DNA of 63,790 bases, the filler included, from Reclinomonas americana ATCC 50394 (taxonomy: Eukaryota): assembly GCA_048213135.1 (NCBI GenBank). It is 6 parts of 4 records of this genome, joined end to end, with 100 filler letters (N's around TTAATTAATTAA, not from the genome) between each part and the next. Parts side by side here need not be neighbours in the genome. Positions count along the whole stretch, not along the records: positions 6,765 to 16,942 come from PS015123.1; positions 17,043 to 39,420 come from PS015125.1; 4 more parts are not named here. One strand, written 5' to 3'. This document shows, one piece after another, positions 16,351-29,000 of the stretch. The position numbers and the translations under genes are program-made. Each line of letters begins with the position of its first letter. The stretch's first letter is position 1. The notes below the pieces were generated by a model, which was not told the DNA's origin, did no database searches, and saw nothing but the letters and a program-made list of their open reading frames with translations.

Positions 16351-16942
16351 TCAGCACCGGAAAAGAACGACCTCGGCATCTTCGATGATGAAACAGCGCA
16401 GAGCCAGCTCGGGAAGGCATCGTGAATCTACATAATCCTGCATCTCCTGCACAGCTCGCATGGCCGCGCGCGCGGCGTCGAGCTCGAGGCGAGCAAGGCC
16501 ACGTGGTGTGGACCACACTCGCACAGTCTCATCATAGCCACCCGCACTCACAATGTGGAGACCATCGGGAGAGACGGCCACAGACGATGCCCATTCAGTG
16601 TGTCCCTCCAACCGTCGTACTTCATCGCCACTCGCCAGAGACCACACCCTAATGGTGCTGTCTCCGCACCCGCTCACAATATGTTGGCCGTCGGGAGTGA
16701 CGGTGACAGACGACACCCAGTCAGTGTGTCCCTCCAACTGTCGCATTTCCTCCCCACTTGCCAGTGACCACACCCGCACTGTCTCGTCATAGCTGCCACT
16801 GACGACGTGCTGACCATCAGGAGTGACGGCGACAGAGTATACCCCTCCGTCGTGTCCCCTCAGCCGCCGCACTTCCTCCCCACTCGCCAGCAACCACACT
16901 CGCACGGTGCTGTCTCCACCGCCGCTAGCAATGTGCTCACTA
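16351..16942 (-). CDS. WD40 paralog (copy D), 5'-truncated at the scaffold end
   Basis: The last about 3.5 WD repeats plus the same tail, ...CLPELALRCFIIEDAEVVLFRC. Confidence 0.88.
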
Positions 16943-16986
16943 NNNNNNNNNNNNNNNNNNNNNNNNNNNNNNNNNNNNNNNNNNNN

Positions 16987-16998
16987 TTAATTAATTAA
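16987..16998. other. Artificial scaffold linker
   Basis: TTAATTAATTAA between N runs. Confidence 0.97.
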
Positions 16999-17042
16999 NN
17001 NNNNNNNNNNNNNNNNNNNNNNNNNNNNNNNNNNNNNNNNNN

Positions 17043-20000
17043 GGCGCACAACCAGCGGTTGCGACATGGCCTCGATGGCGGCGTCGCGGCGGTGATTGAG
17101 GAAGCGAGCGACCAGCACCACAGCCAGCACGGCGACCAGCAGCACGCCGGCACCCGAGGTGGCGGCAATGATGATCACCGAGCGCTTGTTTGACGTGGTC
17201 GGGTACGTGGCTCCGCTGCCGGAGCTCGAGTTGCCATTGCCACCCGTGTCACTACCGCCAGGAGTCGGCGTCGGTGTGGGTGTGGGCGTCGGCGTCGGCG
17301 CCGGAGTTGACGGGTCGGCAGACGGAATCGGTGTGATGGTGTTGCTGGCACTGTCGGCGGTGGACGCGTCGCTAGTCGTATCCACCGTAGTGATGGACGC
17401 CTCGACGACGCTGAGGCCACCGAGGACCGGTGCAGGAGCCGCAAGCACGGCAGCGAGCTTGGTCGTTACGGCGTCGAGGTTCACCACAGGGCCGTCGCCC
17501 GAGCTACCAGTGTCGGCGGTAGGGTCGGTGGCGCCAGTGAACTTGCTCGGCTGACCCAAATTGACAATGACAAAGTCGACGCTGAAAGCCGAGGCGCGTG
17601 TCGTAATCGCGCGGGCACTGGTGGCGCTGGTGTTGCGAGTGACACTGACAATCTTGATTGTACGCGGGTCAATGGCCAGCAGCGTGGCGACGTTGCTGAT
17701 GAATTGATCGGCTGTTCATGCAGGGCGCAGTGAGTCTCACAAGCGGCAAAAAGGTGAACCACCAAGGAAATACGCACCGTAGAAATCGGCAGTGGTGAGC
17801 TGCAGCTTGACCGACACAAACACCGTGGACAGAATGCGCACGTAGATGTTGGGCGAGTCGCCACGAATGTTGACGGTAATCTGGCGCGTCGCCGGCGGTA
17901 CTTCGTAGAAGTTGCTTCCACTCGGGTCCTGCCATCGGAAAAAAGAGAGAGATGAGTGAGCGTGGATGATGATAAGACGACCACGAATTGACATACCGTA
18001 AGTGCCGGTGCCTTGTTCGCAGTGTTGACCACGTTGCCGCCGGCCCACACTTGCAGCACAAACGGTCCAATGTACGGCATAGTGTACATCAAGGCGTCGG
18101 TCTTGCGCACCGGGTTGAGCAGGTACACACGCAGATTGTTCGGGTTGGTGTTGGTGAACTCGAAGCGGTACGCCTTGTTGACCTCCACAGCAAAGACTGC
18201 GAGTGAAAGCTGAAGGCGTGAGCACATCGGTGTCGTCTTGGCTGTGAACAACAAAAGAGACGCACAGAAAGTGGACAGGCGGAGCAAGCTGGTGTGCACG
18301 CCGTTCCAGCGGTGATCCATGGGACCTATTGTCGGACACACACGAGCAAATGAGCACCAAAAAAAAGAGAAGGCGCAATTTCAATCTCCTGCCGCTCACC
18401 GTTGACGTAGTAGGTGGTCTTGTACGGGCTGGTGATCTTCACCGGACCCAGGCGACGCTCGTACGTGTCAGGATCCTTGGATTCGAGCACGGCCAGTGCC
18501 ACCGGGAAGCGGTTGCACTTGTAGGCGTTCCACTCGCGCACCAACGTGCAACGAGCGGGGTCCACCAGACCGGGGTGGTTGGCAATCACCACTGCATCCA
18601 CAGGCACGGCCGGCGCCAGCGACGTCGTCAGCATGGAGCCGTCCATGTCCTTGAAGAACACATGCTTGGGACGTAAGGGGGGAGCAAAAAAAGCATGATA
18701 AGTACCAAGGGTTGAAAAAAGAGGAAGGGAGACAAACGCAAGGACATATCATCACAGTCCATGTCGACGCAGTCGGTCGGGTTCACCCAGGCCGGATCCG
18801 GCGGGTAAATGTGGAACTTGGAGCGCTCGTCCGTGTTGATCCACTTCATCGAGTACATGTGATGGCTGTGCTGCGCGTCGGGGGAATCTTGGTTGTTCTC
18901 AATCGCCGACGAGGTGATGTTGCAAGTGAGGCCGTTGTACGTGTAGTACCAGTCGGCAAGGGTGACGCCGCGGTATTCAACGAGGCCAGGCACAATCGGA
19001 TCGCCCTTCGGCTTCCACCCTGCATTGATTAAGAAAGCCACACGTGCGTCAGCACCACCAAAGCAAAACATATATCGACCCAGCGACGCAACATGGCAGA
19101 TCCTTCTTGGCCGGCGGCATGTCCTTGCACTCCTCAGCAAACACGCTACCGTGAATACCGAGATTGTACGCGCAGCTGTTGTCGCGCTGGCCGACAATGA
19201 GAATGTTCGAGAACATGCTCTTCTGATCCGAGCGCACAGCCACTGAGCCGCAATTGCCGGCGCCAATGCCGCGCGCGTTGTACGCCAGCACGGCCGTGTT
19301 GACCTCCAAATTGATCCAGTTGTACGTGTACACACCAAACTCATCATTGTCGAAGGCAAGCACGTTGTTAAGGCGACCGCAGCCTGCAGCGGAAAAGAAA
19401 CGTGAGACATTCACACACACACACACTTCGACAGAGTCGTCGGTTTCCACCACAAAAAAGACGCAACGTTGGCCGTCGATTCCCCAAAGGAAGATACCAA
19501 ACTTGGCGCCGTGTGCCACCGGGTTGGTGACAAGAGTTGGCGTGCCAGAGCCGTCGCAGTTGGTGAGGACGGTGAGGATGCCAAAGTCGTCGGAGCCAGC
19601 CACACGGACATTGTCGAGAATGTTGCCGGCGACCTTGAAGTTTTCGACACCGGCGAGGATGTCGACCTGCTTCTCGTGCAGCGCAGGGCGCTTGGTCACA
19701 TCGAAAATGACGGTGCGGCTGATCAAGTTACCGCCACCCATCAGGCGAATCGACGAGCGATACGAGCGGTACATGACCGAGTTGGTGAGGTTGAGAGCGT
19801 TGGGAGTATCCACCCAAACGTTGACGCCCATGCCGTAGTCGAAGACAGTGCTGTTCACAGTGCTCATCTTCTCCTGGCCGGTGAAGTGCAAGCTGTGCAA
19901 GAGGAGAGAGATACGGCAGTGAGCGCGACTAGCGCCACCACACGGCATTTCACCGCCAACGCATCACTCACCAAGCGCGCTCGCCGTCCATCTCACCGCA

Positions 20001-23000
20001 ACCAGTGATGCGCACATTGTTCAAGTCCACCTGACCCGACACCTTCTTGTTGAGGAGCCAGAAGGACGAGGTGCGAATGTGCACGCCTGGGAAGATACGA
20101 AAAAGTCAGTGAAAAATTGATGCCAACGTGCGGGGCAGAAAGACGCGAGACAAAAAGTTACCTTGCCACGGATCGGCGTTGCCGCGAATGCTGATGTTGC
20201 GGTCCAGCAGGGCCACTTCGGTGCGCAGGTCAACAGTCACGCCGTCGACCACACGCTTGCTGCCGTAGTGCGTGTACGTCAGTGGTGCGTTGACGGTGAT
20301 CTTGCCGGCACCATTGTTGGCGGTCACAGTGCGAGTCTCGGTCTGCATGCGGTCGCGACCGGACGTGCCAATGACAATGCGCGAACCGACAGCCCAGTCG
20401 ACATTGTCGGCCAACGTGAGCAAGTTGGAGTTGGCGGGAGCGTCGGCGTTCAGCAGCGTCCACGGATGCGATGGCTGCTTGCCGTACAGGCGGAGAAGAC
20501 CGGTCACCAAAATGTACTTTGGTCCCAGGTCCAGCTGCTCCACAATCGGCAGCGGGGTAAACGTCTGGTTGTAGCCGTAGACGACGATTTCCGAGTTGAA
20601 GGTGTACGGGGCATCCTTGGAGCCGGCCGTCAACATGCCGCCACGAATGTAGATGCGCTGGCAATTCAGTTGCACGTTCTTGTTGTCGAGGCGCAGCTCA
20701 CCGTCAATGACGAGGGCGCCGATCAGAGGAGTCACCGGCACATCCATCAACATGATCCAGTCACCGATAATGGTCACTACACACACACACACACAGACGA
20801 AGCAAGTTTAGCGACGGAGAAGACATTTGCAACGAACCACCCACCCACACTCGAAGCCGCTCACCATCTTCACCGGCAACTGGCACAGCTCCGCTCGGCC
20901 AAACAGTGGGATCCGACCAGCGCACAATGGTGGTCGGCGTGCCAGGCGTCGTCGGCGCCTTGGCGCAGCCACCCTCCGGGCACTGCGAGGCACTCCAGGA
21001 CATGCGGTTGAAAGCCTTGCCCCAGCCCGACGCGCGAGTGGCCAGATACGTCTTGTTCACCGTATCGTTGCGGTTGTGGTAGAAGGTGCCGAACGGCAGC
21101 GTGGGGTCGCGAATGTTGTCAGGACCCGAGTCGCCATACACACGCGCACCGTTCACGTTCACCACAAAGTGATCGCGGTAGTCAAAGTACGGCCAGCGGA
21201 ACGTCACCGTCTCGCGCGCCTGCGTGCCGTCAATGCCCAGCAGCGACCAGTCGTTGTTGATGCTCGACAAGTCGGCGTTGCCGAGAACCTTGAGCGAGTA
21301 CAAATTGTCGTTCATGGCCACAATAATGGCAAAGCCGAACTGTGGGTTGCCGCCAAACTTCGGGAACGTGGTCTCGAGGCCCGTCTCATTGCCGTAGAGC
21401 ATACTAGTGTTGTTGAGCAGTTTCACGTTCAGCGGCTTGAATTGCAGCGAGTAGCCCGGCTGAATGCCGTTGACTTCCACGCGTCGGAACACTGGTACGT
21501 GAAATTCAAGGGTAATGAGAGACAAGCGAGGGCACCACAATTGAGAGCGAATGTGACGCAACAGAGCGAGCGGTCGCAAATGAGACCATCGTACATGTCG
21601 ATGATAGAGGTGGAGGTGATGCAGCCAGGCACACGCAGATGATCCCACATGTGGAAGACCACAGACGGCTGGTAGTAGCCGGGAACCAGAGTGCCGTCGA
21701 GATCCTTCGCAATGTCCTTCTTCGTCCACCAGAACTGGATGCGCTTGGTGGTGTCGATGTAGGTGGTGTTGCGGAAGTAATGAGTGTGCGCGCCGGCCGT
21801 CTCCACCTTCTGCTGGTAGCACTCGGAGCATTGCGAGATGCAGCCGCGGTGGTGGAAACCAATGCAGGTCAGGCCGTCAATGATAAAGTTCTCGGAATCA
21901 GGCGTGCGGATGCCGTTGGAGTCGGGACGGCGCGGATGGCCGCCGACAAAGTTGGGCGTCTCGTCCACAATGACCGCATTGACCAGAGCGGGGTTGCCGT
22001 ACGGCGCCTCATCGGTGGTCACGGCCTCCCAGTTGATCTTGAAGGCGTCGGCCAACTTGAAGTCGACATACTTGACGTCGCCCATGCGACCGGCCCAGAA
22101 GTTGTCTTGTCCGTTCTTGTAGCCCAACAAGCCCTACACGAACAAAGTGAGCACGCACGACACAGATGAATAAGCATCCTTTCCTTTCCGCGCCACCAAC
22201 TGCACCTTGTAGACGGCCTGCACTGTGGGGTTCGCGGAGAAGGTGTCTCCTTCCTGGCACGGCTTTAAGCGGGGGCGATGGCCGCGGTCGTCAATAAACA
22301 CGCCAAACTGGCCGTTGGAGTGCACGACGTTGTCCTCGTGCACACCAAGACGCTCGGCTTGCGGGCAAACAGTGGTGGTGGCCGATGGGCCGCCGGGATT
22401 GACAGGCAAGCGGTACCAGAAACCGAATCGCTGCGAACCGGCGGCGTGGTTATTGCGGTGCTTGTTGTTCGGGTTGGTGACCCAGAAAATGGCCGGCTGC
22501 GTGTCGGTGTTCAGCGCCGAGGTGAGGTTGTACACGTTGATGCCGAGGTTGTGGTAGAAGTCGTTGTTCGTCTCAATGCCGTCCTCGATGAAGAAGGCGT
22601 GTCCGCGAATCGAGTACGCCACATTGTTGTGCACGTTGACCGAGTGGCAGCCGTGCGTGGTGATGGCACGCTGGTACGTGTGGTGGATGGCACAGTTGCG
22701 AACGTACGATGCCGGCACCTCCCCCGTCATGTGCCAATGAATCGGGTAGCGAGCCAAGTTGAAGGCCTGGCCGGCGCGGCGGTACTCCACACCGTCAATG
22801 CGGGCAATGACTGGGTCATTGGTGGCCACCGACTTGTCTTGGTTGTTGCTGGCAATGCCGGCCGGCAGGCCAGCGCGAGCATTAGAGCCGGTAAACAGCG
22901 TATGCACACCGTGCATGTCGTAGTCGGAGAAGTCGTTGTCGCCCTGGATGACAATGTTGCGCGACAGCAGGCCGACCTCGGCACGCATGTCAAAGTCGAA

Positions 23001-26000
23001 TCCTTGAATGTTGTCAATCTTGCCGTAGTGCCAGTTCAACAGCGGCTGGTCGAGTGTGATGTTGCGGCCGTCAGCAGACACCGCCACAATGTAGCGATCT
23101 TCGGCCTCCTTGTAGTCGTAACCAGACGGCGCAATGGCAATGCGCTCACCCGGCTGCCAGTCGGTGCTGTCCGCCACATGAATCCACGTCGCGTTGGGAG
23201 CGGCATTCTGCAAGCGGGAAAAGGGGGACAAAGATACAAGAAATCAGAGTTAGTGACAGCGAGAAAACTGCGCAAACAAACCACCACACACTGCTCACCA
23301 TATCCAACTGCGTCCAGTATACGCTGCGCGGCGCACCATGCAAGTCAAGAATGCCATTCCACACACCAATGCACTTGGTGCCGAGGGTCGGCAACTCAGC
23401 CGCACCGCGGCGGCCGTGCAGCGTAATGGTGGCCTTGTGTGTGTACGGCTTCGCCTCGGTACCGATCTCCAGACGACCGCTGTTGATGATGAGGTAGTTG
23501 GTGTCGAGGGTGAGCTCCGGCTTCGAGTCGTCGAAAACGAGGCGACCCGACACGCCCAAAAAGTACAAGAACGGCGGCGACACGTCCAGCAAGATGGTGC
23601 GCCCGGCCGGAATGAACACAGTGTCGTTCCACTGCGGCAGGGTGCCGTTGGGCCAGGTGGTCGGTGCCGACCACAGATCCATGTACGAGTAGGTGACGTT
23701 GGAAGGCCACACTCCGTTCTGCCCATCCACCGTGATGCTGCTGCCGTAGGCCGCCTCCAGTGAACGCCAGCCAGTGATGCACTCGAAGGAGGTGGGCGTC
23801 ACCGTGGTGGCATTGACAGCGCAGTCGGCACCATCGAGCGAAACTGTAATGGCGCCAGCAAAGTTGCGTCCGGTGACAGTGAGCACATCGCCACCGGCAG
23901 CAGAGCCGACCAGGGGAGAAATGCTCGACACGTAGGCCGTCTTGCTTGCGTCGTACAGGAAGGAGTCCGAGGCAGTGGCGCTCGTCTTGCCAACCACCAC
24001 GCGCACTGGGCACGGGGCGCCATCAGCCTGCTTGGCACGCTTGATGCCGCGCAGCTCTAGGCTGCCGACAGTGCTCCAAGTTGTTGAGGCACCCTTGTAG
24101 CGGAAGAAGCGGAATGGAGTGGCAGGAATGTTGTTCGTCACCGTGGTCCAGCCGTTGCCCGGCAAGCTCGGAATCTTGTACAACAGGGTCCATGCAGTCG
24201 CTGTAATGTTGTTCGTCGCCTCAAACACGCCATTCGCCATGCGCGCAGTACCCGTGGTGGTGTCCGGTCGAGGGCGGAAGCGGATCTGCGTCACAATGGC
24301 CTCATTCGCTTCGCCCATGTCCAAACCAACCCAGCCTCCGGTGGCCTTGTTGGCCTCCCACGCCGTGTAAATATCGGCGTCGAAGGCCAGCGACGGATCA
24401 ATGTCGGAGTTGGCGGAGATGTAGTCGCCGCGCAGCACGTCCACACCGCCCAGGCCAAAGTTGTCAATGGCAAACTGGTTGACCAGCGGCGGCACACGGC
24501 AACGCAGTTCCGTGTACGTCTGCTTGGTGGGAGCGCAGTACATGCCGCACACCGTCATCGTCGACGAGGTGACCACAGCCAGCGGGTCAGTGTCGCCGGC
24601 CACTGGCGGGGTCGCCAGCGACGTGCCGAATCCGGCACCGGTGATAATCATCTCGGCGCCACCAGCATACGAGCCAGTGTTCGGCGTCACAGATGTGACG
24701 GTCAGCGGCACCGTGAAGCGGGAGAGCAGCAGCGTATCGTTGAACACCGCCTTGCCGAGGCCAGTGACTGTCACATACAGTTTGTAGCTACCAGCCGGTG
24801 TGGCACCGACCGTACACTTGGCTTGCGTGTCCGTGGCCTCCGTCACCACGCAACGCCGTCCACCAATCGACACCAACACCTTGGTCGGATCGGTGCCAAA
24901 GTTTGTGCCAGTCAGCACCAGCTGGTCACCGCTCTTCCCACTGCTGGGCGAGAAGGCCGTCACCGTGGGCGTGTGCAGCGCCGACGCATTGTACAAGCAC
25001 CACTGGTACGAGTCAATCGTCATTTGCACGCACACAGGGTCGAGCTTCAGACCAGTCACCGTCTCCGTGCCGTTGACAACCTGGGTGGCGTTGACCATGG
25101 TGCAGTTAATGGGCAGCGTGCAGTTCCAGCCCACCGAGTTGACCCACACGCGCGTGTCGCCATTGTCGTACTCTTGCGACGCGCGAGTCTCGCACACCAC
25201 TTGAGTCTTGGTGGCGGTGACAATGTCGCAAGTGGTGTTGCCGAGCATGACCATGTTGTCGGCAATCACCGTGTCGAAGCCCTCGCCAATCATGGTGATG
25301 CGATTGCCGCCGGCGAGTGAGCCAAAGTTGGGCGAGAATTGGCGAATCTTGAGGCCGTAGGTGACACCAGCAGACGGCATGGAGGTCGCGTAACCGGCGC
25401 CGTCCACCAGCACCTTGACCAGCTGCGGCTCGGCCGTGGCCGTACCGTAGTCCACCGTGCAATCGATGGTGGTCGGGCTCGAGTCGGTCACAGCGCACGG
25501 CACAGTGCCAATCCACACGTGGTTCTGCGCCATCTGCGAGCCGAAAAGCGTGCCTCGCAAGCGGATCTGGTTCGTGCGGAACAAGTTGTTCTTGTCAATG
25601 TCGTGCAGGCCAATGACGGAGTTGACCTTGGGTGTGGCCGCCTCCGAGAAGCGATACGAACACGCGGGCGCACGGGCCGAGGCTGGCACGAACGGCGCAG
25701 GCGGTCCACCCACCGTGGTCGCCAACGCCGCCAACTCCGAAACCAGCTGGTCGGAGAAGACCGATGGCAGAGTCCACGTGCTGTCCTCGCTGCTGACGTA
25801 CGCGTAGGCGAAGCCACGGGAGCGCGCCAGATGCAGCGCGTCATCCATGGCCGCCGTCGACACCACTCCACTCAACGTGACTGCCACACGATCGGAGCCG
25901 TAGTCGGCCAGATACGAACGCAGCACAAACTTGCTTGGCGACGCAAAGTCGGCGTCGGAGCCATCAAAAGTGAGGAAGACGTCGGCAAGTCGCAGAGCCA

Positions 26001-29000
26001 GGAACTCCTCCGCCGGGGTGTCGCCGAAGGCCGCAGTCTTGGCAGCCAGCAGCGTGAAGCGCGGCACCGCGCGGACCACCTTGGCCACGCTGCGGTACAA
26101 GTCGAGCGCACTCAACGACGAGGCGTTCATGTCGGCAATGAAGATGCCGCCCAGCAGCGGGTAGTTGTTCTTGTAAATGTTGATGTCGGTGGTGATGTCG
26201 GCCAGCGTACGCAGTGCACCTTGGCTGGTGCGCGTGGAAATGTAGCCGAGCAGCAGCGCGCCACCGTCGGACAGCGTCTTCATGCCTTGCCTGTGGAGGG
26301 AAGAGGCAGGGTGGTGTCAGAGATGGGAGGAAGAGGAGGAGGAGGAGAAGGGAGGCAATCAATGGGACGCACGAGTAGTCGGTCGAAGGCTGAGTGCTGG
26401 CTCCGGGTCCAGTGGCCGTGGGGCGGATAATGGCCACAGTCGGCACACCCTCCACAGCCAAGAAGCCCGTGCTGAGCCACATGCCGTACTGGTTGGCCAG
26501 CATCCACTTCGGGTACTGGTAGACTGGAACCAGTGCGCGCACCGGCACATACGGGGTCGCTGGCACCGGGGTGCTCAGCTTGGCCACCGCAGCCGCCAGC
26601 TCGGCGAAACGCTTGGCCGGCTGCGCAAATGCACCGTCACCGTCGGTGACGTACAGCCAGCCAAGCGAGTACTGCACGGCGAGAGAAGCCGCACGGTTCA
26701 CGTCGGCAGCCGTCGCCGGGGCCGAGTTGACAAAGGCCGCCAGATGCTCGCGGTACTTGGAGGTGTATTGCGCCGGCGGCGTGCCAGTCACAAAGTTGGC
26801 GTACGAGTCGTCAAAGGCGACGAAAATGTCGGCCGTCAGCTGACTCAGGTGAGCCGGCAGCAAGCCGACTGCCGCGTCGGCCACATTGGCAATCGACAGG
26901 TCGAGGTTGGTGGAGGTGCGCACCAGCGCAGAGAGCGCCTGCAGGTACGAGACGGAGCCGGCCGCCGAGGCGTCGACGTTGTCATAGTAGACACCGAGTA
27001 CGTTCCAGTTGGCATTCAGGCTGGTGATCAGCGCCTGCACGTCCGACTGTGCCACCGTGTTGCCATTCGTGTCAATGCGCACCACCAGCTTGATGCCGGC
27101 ACGCACAGCCAGACGAATGGCGTGCTCCCACAGGGGCGACGGCTTGGGCAGCGCGGTAATGTCGGGGTTGATCACGGCAATGATCTCGGTCTGTGCGTTG
27201 CCGGCGCGGTCAATCAGCGACTGCCAGGAGGCTGACAGGGCGCCATTGGCCTGGAGAGTCGGAGCTGCGGGAGAGGGGGAAGGAGGAGTTAGGCGACGCG
27301 CTATCGAAAAGTAGAAGTACCTCTTCTCTGGTCTCACCTTCGAAGAGCGGCACGAGAATGCGGGTGACCGGAAGAATGCTGTTCACCGCCGGTGGTTGCA
27401 CATTGGAGGCTGCCACATCGGCGACGAGTGCCGTCGCCAGTGTGTTGTTGCCGTTGTGGGCGTCCGAGGTGACAAACACGTTGCCGATGCCGAGCTCGCG
27501 CGCCAGCGGCAGCGCATCCGACGTGGCAGTCGCAGAGCGCACCAAGGCAGCAAAGCGTGCCGGCGCGTAGTCGGCAAAGAAGCTCGGCGGCATGTAGGAC
27601 TTGAAAGTGTCGGCAGTGCCGTCAAACACGACAAACTTGTCGGCGGTGGGATTGCGCAGGTGCGACTCGGCGAGACCCGAGGTGACTGCGTTGCCAATGA
27701 CGGCGCAAGTGGCGCACGCCGTCTTGATGTAAGTGGTGAGCGCCAGCGCGTCGTTGTACGCCGCCGCAGAGGCGTCCAGGTTGTCCAAGTAGATGCCATC
27801 CAGCGACGGAGACGCCAGCGACAGCCACGAGTCAATGTCTTGCAGCACCAGGGTGTGGTTGCGAGCGCCACCATTCGTGTCCACGTATCCGAGGATCGAC
27901 ACGCTGCCGTCGAGAGCCGCCAGCGCCGCGTTCCAGTCGGTGTTGTTGAAGAGCGCCGTGGGACCGTCGGCCGGGTTCACAATGGCTGTCACAAGCGCGC
28001 CAGTCGCGGCATCAGCAGCCGCGGCCAGCGAGGTGAAGGCGTCGAGCGACACAGCCGGGTCGGCATCAATCGGCACCAACACGCTGGAGGTGAAGAACTT
28101 GCGGCTGCTGGCCAGCTTGTTGCCGTACGAGGCGTGCGCGACTTGAGCCGCCAGATGCGACGGCAGTTGCAAAAAGGCCGTACCCGAGGTCTCGCTGGTC
28201 ACAAACACGTTGCCAATTTTGCGCGAGCGCGCCAGATCGAGGGCGTGGCGCGCCTGACCAGCGTCGGCCGTCGAGTGCACAATGGCCGCAAAACGGTCCG
28301 ACGCGAAGCCGTCCGCCAGACTCTGCTGCACCTGGAAGGTCTCCCAGGCGGCGGCAGTGCCCTGTTGCGGAAAGAGAGGGAATTTTCACCAATAATAATG
28401 AGCAACAAGAAGGGAGAGAAGAGTGGACGGGGACGGTAGGGAAGGGTGCGCACCGTAAACACGACGAAAATGTCGGCGGCTGGGGCGTTGAGGTGCGCCG
28501 CCGTCAGCTGCTGTCCCGACACGTCGATGGCGAGGCGCTTCAGGGTCTTGGAGTTGCGCACCGCCTCGTAAATGTCGTGCAGCGCGGCCACACTGGTGGC
28601 AGTCAGGTCGACACCGGCGAGGAAGATGCCATCAAAGTAGGCCGAGTTGTCAGCCGCCGTAATGTCGGCCGCAATGGCCGACGCCGTGCGGGCGGATGAA
28701 CCGTCGACGGAGCGGAACAGCGCCACCTTGGCCGCACGCAGGTCACGGATAGCGTCGACCTGAGCCACCGCCGGTGACATGGCCGCCGGAGTGAACGACA
28801 GCACAGCCGCGGTTGGCAGGTGAGCCGCCGCCTTGGCCACGCCCAGGAAGAAGCCGTAGGTGGCGACGGCAGACGGGGTCGGGGCGGCGTTGATTGGAGC
28901 CAGCAGAGAGAGCTGGGTCGGCGGCGCAGGCGGAAGGGCGGGATTGGTGGCGGGCGGAGCGGCCAGGGCCGGTGGCACCTGGTCGTTGCACTCGGCCGGC

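Noticed and set aside
5021-16942. Diversity-generating retroelement or NLR locus
   Set aside because: No reverse transcriptase, template/variable repeat pair or NACHT/NB-ARC domain is visible in the window.
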